The position numbers and the translations under genes are program-made. From Geosiphon pyriformis uo1 (lineage: Eukaryota > Fungi > Glomeromycota), in assembly GCA_016748015.1 (NCBI GenBank), contig JAAOMT010000303.1, forward strand, positions 682,001-746,000: a DNA stretch of 64,000 nucleotides, read 5' to 3'. The first letter of the stretch is position 1. Each line of letters begins with the position of its first letter. Below, piece by piece: positions 1-13,379 of the stretch. A model generated the notes under the pieces. That model had not been told where the DNA came from and searched no databases. It saw only the letters and a list, made by a program, of their open reading frames with translations.

Positions 1-345
1 AGAGAAAAATTGATTTTTTTTTGGCTGTTTTTCTAACTTTTATAACTACTTATTTTTATACATTCTTTTTGGTTCTACAGAATTGGTTTTTTAATTGTTT
101 TATTCTTGCTAGCTATTGCTTTGCTATTTCTGTTATTGTTTTATTTTTCTATATTATTACTAGTTATCTTATGTTTCAATTAGTTATTTTGTGCTATAAT
201 ATATTATTGAGTTTTGTATTATGTTATTCTGAGTTATTATGTGTTATTCTGTGTTCTTTTGCATTATTCTGTATTATTTCATGTTATCACATTTTTGGTT
301 ATGTTTTCTTTATAACTTTAGATTGGTTTTTCTATTCAAATAATA
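1..345 (-). mobile_element. Partial LTR, family D (U3 end; runs off the window edge), adjoining LINE ORF1
   Basis: Reverse complement aligns with 55123-55445, which follows a Gypsy PPT (shared 'aatagaaaaaccaatc', cagaataa-type repeats, 'tagcacaaaataacta'). Confidence 0.65.
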
Positions 346-2340
346 TTATCTTATTGCCTTTGGTAACAAATCTTGGATTTAAGTGGTTTCACTTACTGTC
401 TTTTCTAATGATTCTTATTTTGGTTTAAGTTTTGGTTTTGGTTCCTCTTCTTTTTTTGATGCATCATACTTTAAAAAAAGTATTTTAGTTATTCAAAATA
501 ATTTGTTTATTGCTGCTCATCTGGCCACTTTAGAATGTTCTTTGAAGTTATTTGCTAACCAAGTGTTGAGTATTGTTAAAAAGTTAAATATTGTTGATCT
601 AATACTATAAGTGTTTGTCTCTCAACTTTTTTCTTATATTGTATCTGTACTTTTGGTTTTAGATTTAAAATTAAATATGGTTTTGAATGTTTTACAAGTG
701 CTTTTTGCAATTCTTTCCTCAGTTATAATTGATACAATTTTGATTTTAGATGTGAGTAGTTTAAAAGTCTTGACCACTAAAGTAGATAGTTTAAAGTCAA
801 AGTTGTTGGCTCTGGATGCTTTTGTGTATTTAGTTTTGGTAAAATTAGATCAGTTGTGTACTAGTTCAAATTTGTCAATGCTTCTTTTTTCTTAATAAGT
901 AATTTCATTTGAAAAATTGCTATGTGTAATGTCTAAGAGATGAACAATTTGGCTAAACAGAAAGACATAATTAGATAACACAGTAAGTTTGGCAATTGGA
1001 TCTTTTTTTTTACCAAAACTAAGCTAAAAAGTTAGATTAAGTTTTGGATTAAAGATAAGTTTTAAGATGTGAAAGTTTTTGTTTTTGGTTTGAATACTGG
1101 ATACATGAGTATTGGAATGGCAATTTTAATAAATGATTCCTTGGTTTAGCATATGTATAAAGTCTTTAAGATTTCAGATTATCTTATTTCATTATGTTTG
1201 CTGTTTGGCAATAAATATTTTATAACACTAATAGATTTGTATACAAGTGTTTTGCCTAATATGTGATTTGATCAGGCCAATAAAATAAACTTTTTTATTG
1301 TTAAAGAGATTAATTTAAGCTTTTATGTTGTTTTGGATGGTAATTTCAATAAAAACAGAAAAAAATACAATGCAAGTTTCAAAAAATGTTTTGATTTGAG
1401 TTTATGCAATTTTTTTCAAATAGAATGGCTTTCAAGCTTTCAATATAATCCAATTTATAGAATGTAAAGAAAACTATTAACTACATTCTTATCAGTAAAC
1501 ATATCTTGTTTTCTGTAATGATTCAGAGTATTGATAGTGTGTTTAAGTTTTTTAATACTAATTACAAGACTGTTATAATATTTTTTGGTCTAAACAGTCT
1601 ATTAAACAAATATCTGCTTATAATTTATATACAAGTTAATAAGGACTATTGGAAGTTTAGGATTAAAGATATAAATAATGCTAAATAGGTTAGTTTTTAA
1701 GAGTGTGTCTTTATCAGTCTGTTAAAAGTTATGAATAGTTTTAATTGTGCTAGTAATTTTGGCAATTTAGACACTATATAGAATGTTTTAAAAGGGATAA
1801 TAATAAGTATGGCAAATAAAATTTTTTTTAAACACTAGTACAATGAGTTTAAGTATATAAAAAATAGTTAATTATCAAAATTTTATAATTTGGAGTTACT
1901 AGTTTTAAAAATTGTAAAGAAAGTATGTGCAAATTATAAATTTGAATATAATTATTTTATCAGAATATGGTCTATTCTTGATGATAAAAAAGCTTTCAAA
2001 GTTGACAATTTGGTTTGTAATAATAAAAATACTGGTAAGATATTAAAACAATTATCTCTAATCAGAAAAAGCTACAGGAGATTGAAATATTATAAATCTA
2101 AAACAGTTAAAAACACAGCTATCAAAAAAGTAATTGAGAAAAGAATGAACAATTTTAGTTTAAACAAAAGTAGTATAATAAGGAGTGTTTTGAAACAATC
2201 TTTTTATAAAGTTGTTTTGGATTATTTAATAATTAATGACAAGTTAGTTTTGAAGCCAAACAAGATAAAGTTTAGAGTGAATAAAATCATTGTAAATTAG
2301 ATAAAGAAGTGTAAAGTGTCATCAGTGTTTCTTGCTATAT

Positions 2341-2983
2341 TGTTACAGATTGGAGTAACAAGCTAATAGATAGCAAGGGAGAACAGGATTGTAGGGTAAT
2401 GAAAATAATCAAAGGGGAATTCAACTTTAGAGAGCAAATTGAATAAGTATGGATTCAATGTACAAGATCAGTCTCATAAAATATTTCAGTCGCTATTTTT
2501 TTCAAAAGTAACTGGGGAATCTGAAAGTAGAAGGATAGTTCGTACTGTTAACAATTGATTACCACTGGTATAATTCTATGTCTCATGTCAGCACTCTTAG
2601 AATTCAATATCAGGTATCAACTTGTGTTTTTCAGTCACATTTATTCAAATAATCTTCAAATGCTACAATTATATATGTTAGGAAAAGGCCAACAAGTAAT
2701 CTTTTATTTTAAGATGTTTGGATACTTGAAGATAAAGAAAGGGAAATTAGCAATAAGAGAGTGATTGATATGAAAGTTGTTATTTTTATTTATTTGATTT
2801 TTGTCTGAGAGATGATTTTCTATAGCTAAAAGACTCATCGCTTATATAACTATTGAAAGTGGTTAATGATCAGGTCAATAATCAGATCAACGATCACTAT
2901 CTAAAAATAGAATGGCTAATTATATGACATTAATGGCTAATACATATGATAACTAATAAAAATTATGGGTTTCAACTGTAACA
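2341..2983. mobile_element. Solo LTR, family C
   Basis: TGTTACAG...CTGTAACA termini; 4-bp TSD ATAT/ATAT; second decayed copy at 55768-56480. Confidence 0.85.
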
Positions 2984-4884
2984 ATATGATCTTATTAATA
3001 TGTACTATTGAGTTATATTAGTAAAAATCTTTTTTTTGATGTGATTAATATAATTAATATGAATGAATTAGTTCAAGTTATTAGCAGTTTGCTTGATAAC
3101 AAAGCTATTAGTTTGTTTGATATATTAAATATATTATGGAAACATTGTAACAAAATAATGCTTGAATGCTTACTAAGTCTGTTAAACTCTTGTTTGTCTC
3201 TTAGAAAAATTCTTATTTTTTGGAAAAAAGCATAAGTTTTAATGATTTCTAAACCATATGAGTGGAATAGTATCTTAATAAATATATGATTCATTATTTT
3301 GATTGAAACAGCTAGGAAAATTCAGTTAAAAATTTTGTTAAACCAAATTTTGTTTACTTATACCAGATGTAATATGTTTTATGATAACAACTTTTCTGTT
3401 TTGAAAAGTACTTTGACTTATTTTTCTATTTTTGTTGTTGGCTTTATAATAGAAAATGCTTTGGAAAAAAGCCATGAAATTTGGCTGGTTCTTCAAAATA
3501 TGTATAAGCCATATGATTTAGTTGGGTAGTATTATTTCAAAACTAGTCTAGAGCATATTAAAATGTATAGCAGATTTATAAAATTTTTTGGAAATATATA
3601 CATGAGCAAAATCAACAAAGTTATAACTAATTTTGGCCTTTCAGATAGTTACATAGTGATAGGTAGACTGGATTAGAGTAAGGTGTTTTTACACTTCTTA
3701 TAAAAAAATTTTTATAATTTTTTGTTGTTTAAGGTTAAAAAACAAAACCATTTGTGTAGGTACAGGATTAATATAAACTTTATGACTAAGATAGACAGAT
3801 TAAAGGCCAGTAGAGATAAATTTTCTTTTTTTGCAGCAGATGCTTTTGTTAATAATACAATTTAAATTAAAAATAGTTAGACTTCAATGCAACATATTTT
3901 GAACATAGCTAATAAGTTTTTTGAGTTAAATAACATTTTCATTAACAATAACAAAACTGTGGTGATTCTAATTAATCAAAAGATCAGAGTTGTATTCTTG
4001 CAGATTTGTGGTCAATTAATTTTTATAGCCAGATATAATGAACATTATAGATATTTGGAAATCTATTTGTTGATAGATAGTTTGTTCAAATCCAGGCTTA
4101 TCAAAGCTTAATTTGATGTTAGATTTTTTTCCAACTTAATTCTTAGGAAGACATTGTTAAATAAACAATTTTTGTATCTGGTTTTAGCAGTTTTACAGTC
4201 TATAGTTAATTATTGTACATAATTTAACTTTATTTCTAAGACCATGTGCCAGAAATAGAATGTTTTACTAAGAAACAGGCTAAAATTTAAGACCAATCTG
4301 CCTGGTGACTTTTCAACTGAGATTTTACATCATTCTTCTTTTTATGGTTTAAAATCATTTCTTTGGTTGTATTTTTTAATGCATCCAAAATACTTAGACA
4401 ACTGTTTAAACGTTGCTTTCTGGACTTACAAATTCTGAGTTGGGCTTTCTTGAATTCTCTGCAATATTTTGTTAGATTAAAAATCAATCCTGTAAATAAC
4501 TTTTTAACAAGTGTTATGAAATTTTTTTTTGATAATAAGATTTTTTTGTCCAATAACTTACTTAATATATTTTATAATACTAACCAGTTTTCAATGTTTT
4601 TAGTCTTAGAAGATTCTTTTTATTTTAAGGTAGTTCATTTGTTAAAGCATTTTGGTATTGTCTTTGGTAACAAATTATTGAATAAACAAAGGTCAATAAT
4701 AAATTGAAACACTTTTTGTTATTGAAAAAGATTGAGTTCTAGAGATTTGGTACTATTATGATTTGAAAAAGCATTGTTTTACATAAATAGAAACCCAGTA
4801 GAATTTAGTGAAAGTAGTTGTGCATTTAGTTGCTCAAATTTCTTTTGCTCAAATGGTTTTTTAGTTGTTTAGGATGGTTTGTAT

Positions 4885-5836
4885 TGTTATTAAAAGTTTT
4901 TGGTCTCTTTTCTTGAATGTTGTTAATGTTTGTTGGTTGTAAATTCACGTTTTTTAGAAGTAGTTAAACCTCCAATAACTGAATTTATCTTCAAATTATC
5001 TCCTATAATTTGAACTGCTGGGCTTATAAGTGGAGTAATCAATTCTATGCCAGTTATTTTATGTAGTTATGTTGTAGTAAATATTAACTTTTTCTCAGGA
5101 ATTGCTTGTCTGAAAACTCACTAAAATGTCTAGTTACTTTGCTATAAAAGTTAACTCTTCTACAGGAATCTTGTCTGTAAGCTATTTTAATGATTGTAAT
5201 AAAATAAAAAAAAATATAAAATAAAAATGTAAAAGAAATAGAATTCTGTCAAGAAAAACGTTTTCTATTTAGGCCTAAAGTCACTAACAGATTATTGAAA
5301 TTGGTAGCTAATCAATTTTAAAATATTAGTTGGGTTTTGTGAATTTTAAGTATAATAATTTAAGAATTTGGTTTTTGAAATATTTTAATTTTATTTGATT
5401 TTGTAAAAATATGTAAGAAGTGATTTGTTCTAATTAAGATATTATGATAAGATATATTTTCTTGAAGAGAAAAGCTTTTCTTTTATACAATTTGTTGTAG
5501 TACTAGTCTTTAAACTTGCACTTTTTTTTTGCTCTAATTTTGGTAAATTAAAGATACATTTTGGTAAACTACAAGTTATTTCTATAAACTATTGATTATT
5601 TCGGCCAATTTCTGCTAATTTTGACGAATTTTTGAATATTAAATAGTTCAGGGTATTGTGTAATTTGATTATCTTAATTTTTATAATACAAATCGAGTTA
5701 TTAATTAAATAATAATATTTAATAATTTGATTAAATAATAAGTAATAATTGAAATGATAATAATATATATTAATTAATAATAAAAATTAAAAGGGTAATT
5801 TTATGCTAATTAATAGCTAAAATTCTACTGGTAACA
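4885..5836 (-). mobile_element. Solo LTR, family B
   Basis: Reverse complement of 16799-17750 and 19239-20211; TGT..ACA termini; TSD GTAT/GCAT. Confidence 0.9.
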
Positions 5837-6465
5837 GCATAAATTGTGAGCTAACAAGTTTAATGTATACATAGATAATTTTTTAAGACAGTTTAGCACA
5901 GCAGAATTGCTAATAGAATGACAGCTTATTTTTTAACATTGGGATAGGTATAGATATCAAAGTATACAGACTTTTTTCATCTATATTAACTGAGCTTTAA
6001 GCAGTAGCTTTGGTATTGAAATGTATTCTATTATTATATTCAATAATAGTATACATAAACAGTCAAGCTATTTTAAATGCTTGTATTTCAGAGTTTACAC
6101 TTTACCAACCAGACTTTCAGAACAGATGCTAAATAAAAAAGCATTATATAGTCAATTTAATAAAGTTTAAAAATATTTTTGTAAGATGAGTAAAAGTCAA
6201 GAGTCATTTTAAAAATGTTGATAATAAAAAAGCTGATGTTTTTGTACATAAAACAGCCCAATTTGGCTTTGTTCTTTCTGTGGATGTCTGTAAAAGATTT
6301 ATTATAACTGATGATAGAGTTATATTAGGAAATTTTTACTACTTTGTTTGAGATATTTTTTGGTCTGTTTGTTATGTCCATTAGAAAACTGGTCCTGGTG
6401 CATATATAGTTTAGGAGTCATTAATCAGGAACATAAACTGGAATAGTACTACTATAATGTAGCAT

Positions 6466-7417
6466 TGTTATTTATAGAATATAGGAATTAAATATTAGTA
6501 TATAAATTAGCCAATTAGAATAAACATAGTAAAAAGTGGAATTCCAGAATTTTTCTCAGAGGAATTGCAGGATTCCAGAAATTTCAGGATTCTCATATGA
6601 AAAATTACAGGATTCCAAAATTCCAGAATTTTTCTCAAAAGAATTGCAGGATTCCAGGAATTCCAGGATTTCTGGTTAAAGAATTGAAAAATTTAAGAAA
6701 TCTCATATAATGAAATTTATGTATATATAATAGTAGTATCAAAAGCTAGAAAATTAGTTAAGTAGACTTTCAGAGTCAAAAAGACTCAGAGTTAATAGGA
6801 CTCTTAGAGTCAATTAAACTTGCAGATTATAATTATTAAATACCTTTCCTTTAAAAGATAGAATACTATAACTTGAAGTAAAATCACTTCTATATTAATA
6901 AAATTATTCATTATTCTTAAATCTATGTTATTATTTACTACTTAACCTGCTGGCATAATAGCTCTTGATCACAGCTATTGATAGGACACTTATTTTTTTA
7001 TTTTTTTATTTTTATTTTTTATTTTTTTATTTTTATTTTTTTATTTTTATTTTTTTATTTTCTTTTGTTATTCGCTAAATTGATTAAAAAAATTAAGTGC
7101 TGAGTTATTGACATTATGGATAGTTTAGTAAAAAACTCAGAAAGAAGAGTAAAATTATATATATATTAATAGATAGCTTACCAGAAGGACATGACTGTCA
7201 GATTAAACCAGCTACTATGCTAAAGACAGAAATTGGAAAAACAACTTGAGAAATCAACCAAAACCAAACATAGTGAATTTCTGTTTATTATACAAAAAAC
7301 TCCAACAAAACCTTCAGATCACAAAATTTTCAGATATTACCAACATTATTTTATCAATTGAGCACCAAGTTACGAGTTTTTTATTTGCTTTAAGACTTCA
7401 AATAATTACCTGTAATA
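6466..7417 (+). mobile_element. Solo LTR, family A
   Basis: Similar to LTRs 22691-23394 and 31838-32684 (GGAATTCC repeats, 'gctcttgatcacagctattga'); TSD GCAT/GCAT; LINE ORF2 resumes on the far side. Confidence 0.9.
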
Positions 7418-8724
7418 GCATTTAGATTCTTATATACTGTCAAGTTTTACTAGCAAGATTTCTGCTGCTATTTGTATGTATTTAATAAAAGCTGTTTATA
7501 GGAGACTGTTAACTGCAGTTAGAAAAAAACTTTATAACAGAGCTTACCTAAGTGTTTTGTGCTTAATATGTGATAATGTTAAATTGTTAAATCACATTTT
7601 TATTTGTTCAAAGGATACTAATGTGTATTCTTATATCTTAAAAAATTATATAGATCTATAGAAATTATTAGTAGCTGGTTACTTTTTGTTTTTTTTTGTG
7701 GTGTTGTATATACTCTTTTCTGAAATTTTGGATGTAGATTTTTATACAGTTTTGTGCAAAAATTTTGTGTTTAGAGACTGAGTTAATAAAACAGCTTCTG
7801 TTTTTAATAATAAAAAGAAAGTGTTAGATTGGTGATAAGTTTTATGCATGATTTGGCTAAGAAGCATCAAAGTAAGTTGTGATTGCTAAGAGTAAAATTT
7901 AAAATAAATATAAAAAAGAGTAGTCTGGTTAATAATAATAGTTTGGTGTCTGTTGTTTTTAGTAATATGTTATGTCTTTTTTCTGCTGGTATTGTCTATT
8001 TACTTGGCATTTGTGAATCTTTTACTGTTAGTTTTGGTTTGCATAAGGCATGTTTTTTTTTTTCAGATATAGATAATAATATAAGTATTTATATAAGTGT
8101 ATAGTGTTGCTTTGATTGGCCTAAGTAGCCAGTTACATGTAGTAAACACATAAGCTATGTTTAGTTGGATTTTTTTGTATGTCTTTGTATATTAGATGGT
8201 AGTTGGACCATACTTGTAAAATTACAAATAAAATAATAATAATTTTGTGTTAAAAAAATTATAATGTAATTTTTTATATTTGAAAATAATTTGGCTTTTA
8301 ATTTTTTATATTTTTATTAATAAAAATTGTCAAATTAAATTAGATTATTTATTGAATAATTTTAATAATAATAATATTTTAAACAACTTATTAAAAATTT
8401 AAAATGAAATATATAAATAAATTAAAATTTTTTACATTAAAAATTATTAAATATTATAAGTCGGAAAATTTTTCAAAACTGATCCAGTTATAACTGATAC
8501 TTGCCGAGAAAAAAGAAGGGTTATCATCTAGCAGGGCCCATTTTAACTAGAGCCATTGTGTTGCATAACAGACACCCTAAAAATTGATCATCAAATTCTC
8601 AAAACAAACATTTTGCGTTTTTCTTGACAGACTCATAATATTTCGTCACTTCAATATTAAATAGGACTTGTCCATCTTCGTTAATCGCCGGCATTAAGGT
8701 GCTTGCAACCTCAAAATTCGATCA

Positions 8725-10368
8725 ATGGATCCAAGCCTATATCAACAACAACGAGAGCAGCAAAATCGTGTTTTATATTCTTACCCTGTTACGCAGCAGA
8801 CGGGCTCCGCATCCAACTTGGGGGCGGGTGGTTATCCACAACCCTATATGACCAATTTCGCGAATAATCAGGCGTATATGGGTACTGGAAACGGCATCAA
8901 CTCCATGATGCCTATTCCCGGCAACCGTTCAATGTTTCAGGCTCCCGTTGGTGCTCCTGTAGGTGGAATGTCTTCACTGACGGCAAATGGTATGCCTCCG
9001 GCTAAAAGAATGGCTCTAGCTCCTCCTAATACGATTCAAAACATGTATCCGAATGTAGCATCAGGATCTGTGAATAATCAATTCTATACAACCTCTAGTG
9101 GGTATGCTAACCAACCAATGTTTAACACCGGAAGATCATCCGTTTCCCCGCAATCTTTTGTAAATGCCAATATTGATACGAAATCTCAGGAAACGATGCA
9201 AGCCAACCCATATGCTCCTATAGAAAATATGAATAAATACTATGGACAATATCAACAGCACGCACAAAAATCCTCCGTTGGTATAAATAACCTTTTAAAT
9301 CAGGCCCCATCAACAACCCAACAGGCAAACCAATCAATGCATAACCTAGTGCAGCAAGATGATAATGATGTAAATTGGCTAGGAATGGATGACTCAAATG
9401 CTGTCTATGATTTTGGATTGTCAGAGGGTAGTTTGGAACTTTCTAACGCGTCTTCTTCAAGCATTGGGGCTGGAATATCAGGGTGGCATCCAAGTTCATT
9501 ACAGGACAATTTAAATTACATGTCTCGTAATTCTATCAAAGCATTTTCATCTATTAATCAAAATCTCCAAGAACATTCATCTTCGTCCCCACAACTGCAA
9601 TCAAACCAAAACACGAGTTCGATACAGGGAAATCTCAATTATATTGCCCGTCCTGCTTCAAAAGCATACTCATTAATAAATCATCAGCCACCTTCATTAC
9701 AGCCCACTCAACAGCTTAAGTCCAACAATGTACAGCAGCATTTGCATTCACAGCAACAACTTCTTCATCATAATCTTGAAATTCAGCAAGAGTCGCAGAT
9801 ACCCACACATCTAGAAAATCAGCAACAAGCACAGCAGCTGCCGCCGGATACTGAATACTCATATCCGAGTGTGTCGCAGCCTGTACGATCAAGTATAATG
9901 GGACAGGCAATGCTGTCGCCTAAAAATGTTCAACAAACTTCAGCAGTAATCATAAATCGCTCTCCCTCTCCTGCTATGCACATGGGGTCATTTGAATCTG
10001 CTAACAATTTCCCAGCAATTTATGGAAATCATCAACAGTCGGTTGGCTTCAATTCAAACGTGCGGAATTCACCTGCAAGACAATTTCCCAAGTCTTTTTC
10101 TAATGAGCAGATGCCAGTTTCGACTTCTCTTCTTGGAAGTTACCCTCAGTCACCGACACCTCAAGGAAAACAGCCGCAAGGATCTCGTTCTGTTTCTCCA
10201 CAGCAGTCGTTACATCATCATCAGCAACAACAGATAAATCAACAGCAACTACAACGACAGCATGAACAACATCTCGAACAACATCTCCAACAACACCCCC
10301 AGCAACAATATCAAATACAACAGTCCAAACCACAACAGCAGAACCAACTTCAGCAACTACGGCAGCAG

Positions 10369-10403
<35 letters not shown>

Positions 10404-12281
10404 ACAACAACAACAGCAACAGCAACAACAACAGCAACAACAACAGCAACAGCAACAGCAACAGCAACAACAACTGCAGTATCAGCAACAGGGGCGTCAA
10501 CAAAAAATGCAACAAACGATCCAACAAACTCAACAACAGCAGTCAAAAAATCATCCAGATCTAGTTCGCCAACAACAATCTCAAATTCCACAGCAGCAAC
10601 AACAACCCCATACAAAACCATATTCTTTATATCAGAGCCCAAATATTTCATCAAAAAGTACTAAGTCCAATATTTCATTAAAGAGTCCCACCAACTTGCC
10701 TCGAGCCGATTCTCCGCGTAAATCTCCGAAACCATCCGAAAGTAATTCGAGTAACGCGCCATCTGTTAATATTTTGTCCTCGGCAGCTCCTTCGACCGTA
10801 TCAATTTCTAGTTCATCACCTACAGTACATCCAATCAGAAAGCAACCTCCAAAGCCATTGAAATATTCCTACCTTCCGAAAACCAGAACCGTAGAAACTT
10901 ATGGCGGGATCGATTTGAGGGTTTTTGAAAAATTTTCTATTCCCTTGAATTTACCCGGGATTCAGGAATTGGGTAATCATAAATAAAAACGCATTTCATA
11001 CATTTAATCAGGGAATGCCTTTCTAAACTCTTTGATTTAAATTTTCATATCGGATTAGGCGCTGTCGATATTCAAGCTCTCACAATGTCACTAAAATGTG
11101 GCTTGAAGTTGGAGGTAACCAATGCCCTTAATACTCTTACCACGATTTCGAGTCAAAGAAATATTATATTAGATCTCAAACAATGTGGGGAACTGTTGGA
11201 TATATTGCTGGATATACAACTGGAATATATCAACAGTATTTCTTCATATATTGAAGAAACAGATGAGAACCTTGGTCCTGAGCGGAAATTTAGGACATAT
11301 CGAGAGCTGATTGAATTATCAAGGCTGGAATGGTGTGAGTTTTCAGAGGAGGCCTTGGAACAGAAAAGCATGTCAGATGGATGGCTATCCCAACGAGAGC
11401 AGTGTTGGTGTGCCATAAATCTGATAAGAAACTTCTCTTTTACTAGCGAGAATCATCAATTTCTCGCTACTCATCCAAGGCTATTGGCTGTATTGATGCG
11501 AACATTATATATTGGAGAGGGTTATGATAGCGGAATTAAAGAAAAAGCCGTTGAGGAAGCGGATCCTGATAATTATCAACAATTCGATAATTTTGGATCA
11601 GAAAAAGATAAAAAAAGACGAAAAAAGACAATCTTCAGAAAAGCAACTGATATCCTTGATCATCGCAAGAGCGTTTTGATCATATTATCAAACATTAGTG
11701 CATATCTTCCATTGACATCGGTTAGTTTTGGGCGTGATCTTTTAGCAATGCTCGCTGATTTTTTAGACCACACAGATGACTATTATGCACAAGTTGCCTT
11801 AGAAGTGATGGCAAAAATATCTGTTGCATATGAGAATCGACAAATAATTAGCGGATGTCTTGAATCAACCTTGATAGCAATTTTTGAACGGTTAATGCGA
11901 ATGTTACCGCAAGCAGAGAGGATTGATACAGCCCGAGCTTCACAAGATTTGGCACAATTAGAGACTGTGGTAATGGCATTATATAATCTCGCGTGTTTGA
12001 GCAGTGAATCATTAAGTCGGCGATTTATTAACACGGCTGGGTTCGTGAACCAAATGTTGAAAATGGCACTAACATTAGCCAGTGTTGGTAATGACCCGAC
12101 TAGTAATGTATTTACTACATTATGTCGACGAGCTATGGAAACCTTGAAACTACTCGCAAAGGGGAATGAAATTGTTTTTCTAATATATAATGAACAATTG
12201 ATAAATGCTCTACTAACTCCGTATATAGATCCCGTTGTTGAGAAAGATCTGGAGTCGATCATGTATCCGGGTGATGTTTAA
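8725..12281 (+). CDS. SWI/SNF Swi1/Sol1/ARID1(BAF250)-like subunit, 2 exons (8725-10972, 11059-12281), 1156 aa; Q/S/P-rich N-terminus and helical BAF250_C-type C-terminus
   Basis: Phase-1 intron 10973-11058 (G|GTAATC...TTAG|GC) joins the two ORFs into 'ETYGGIDL..PGIQELGAVDIQALTMSLKCGLKLEVTNALNTL', followed by 'LIRNFSFTSEN' and 'ILDHRKSVLIILSNIS'. These motifs are typical of fungal Swi1/Sol1 C-termini. Confidence 0.85.
10363..10473 (+). repeat. CAG/CAA microsatellite encoding 37 consecutive Gln
   Basis: Direct read: 111 nt of mixed CAA/CAG codons in frame. Confidence 0.95.
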
Positions 12282-13379
12282 CCCAAGCCAGTTTCAGAGT
12301 TCGAAAACCTATTTACATAATGGAAATAATATTGACTATATTGGACCCTTAGATGTTGTTCCCTTTTCTTTTATAATGTTTCTCGGCGGCCTGGTTTTAA
12401 ATTCTTTGTTCGTTGTCTTTTTGTCCATTGAGTGTTTTTCGCATGTTCGCGACCTATTATTGCTATTCTAAGTGTTCGCCCAAAATTCATAATTCACTAC
12501 AATATTTTTTGTTTTTCTCTTTGTATAATAGTAACCAAAAAAAATTCCTTAGAAAATCTCACAAACTTACATCTCAGATTGCAAATTTGTATATATAACA
12601 GGAAAATATATATTGGAATTGGTGTGGTTGTGTGATCTGGTCTTTTGTAAGGGTGTTGTCTTGCTAAGGTTTTCAGATCCGATCTGAATGCATAATTGCA
12701 CTTTGAACTTTAAACTTTTGATAGATGAACTAGATGTATAATGAGATGCATTGTCAATTCATGGCATCATCTCACCACGTTTTAAAAGCGATAGACGAAG
12801 AACTAGAAATAATTACTGAAATTGTTATGCTTGACCTGTTTCTGCCTCTTTTGCATCATTGATTCATCCTCGAGTTGCACGACATTTAAATTTTTGTAAA
12901 TCCATCAATATTTTTTAAAGCATTGATTGTTTAAGGTTCACCCACATGTTACACTGCGTCCGTTACACAACATTGGCGATGACTAGCACTAAAACCAATT
13001 GTCGCGTAATAAAATTATGGCAACACACTAAATCCATTTTGGGAAGTAGTCTTTTAATTTATATTCAAGTATCATCTGGTATGGCGGGAAAGCTTACCTC
13101 TTTTAGCAGCTTACACACTTCTTTTAAAATTTTAAGTCAATAAAGAGCACCTTGCTTCTTTATTTGCGATGATACACTATTGTTTTTTTTGATAACCACG
13201 ATGGCATCACTTTGCTATTTGATCGACGAATAATTTCTTATTTCGATTAGGATAATCTCAAAAATTATTCAACACTCATTTCCTCCATGGACATCTAGAT
13301 TTATCATATCTAATGATGAGGCCTAGAGAGCAACCAATCACAACCATGACATGTTGCCAATAATCCACATATATAGAGG

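Larger units (their letters stand above)
346..8220 (+). mobile_element. Decayed non-LTR retrotransposon (LINE): ORF1 C-terminus, then ORF2 APE endonuclease-RT-RNase H-Cys/His domain; interrupted by three solo LTRs
   Basis: APE-like start 'KIAMCNV*EMNNLAKQ' ~915. RT 'IETARKIQLKILLNQI', 'LVLQNMYKPYDLVG' and 'AFVNNT' (decayed FVDD) at 3300-3860. RNase H 'VYID', 'LTEL*AVAL', 'VKVKSH' at 5865-6240. C-terminal 'CLICDNVKLLNHIFIC' ~7560. Many stops and frameshifts. Confidence 0.85.

Noticed and set aside
21-428. 135-aa hydrophobic ORF
   Set aside because: TTG start; it is the T-rich antisense reading of LTR U3 repeats.
10100-10654. 184-aa Val/Ala-rich antisense ORF and the overlapping Asn/Ser ORF 10262-10564
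   Set aside because: Shadows of the CAA/CAG repeat in other frames.
12282-13379. Short ORFs between the two convergent genes
   Set aside because: No recognisable motifs or splice-linked frame; consistent with 3' UTRs and intergenic DNA.
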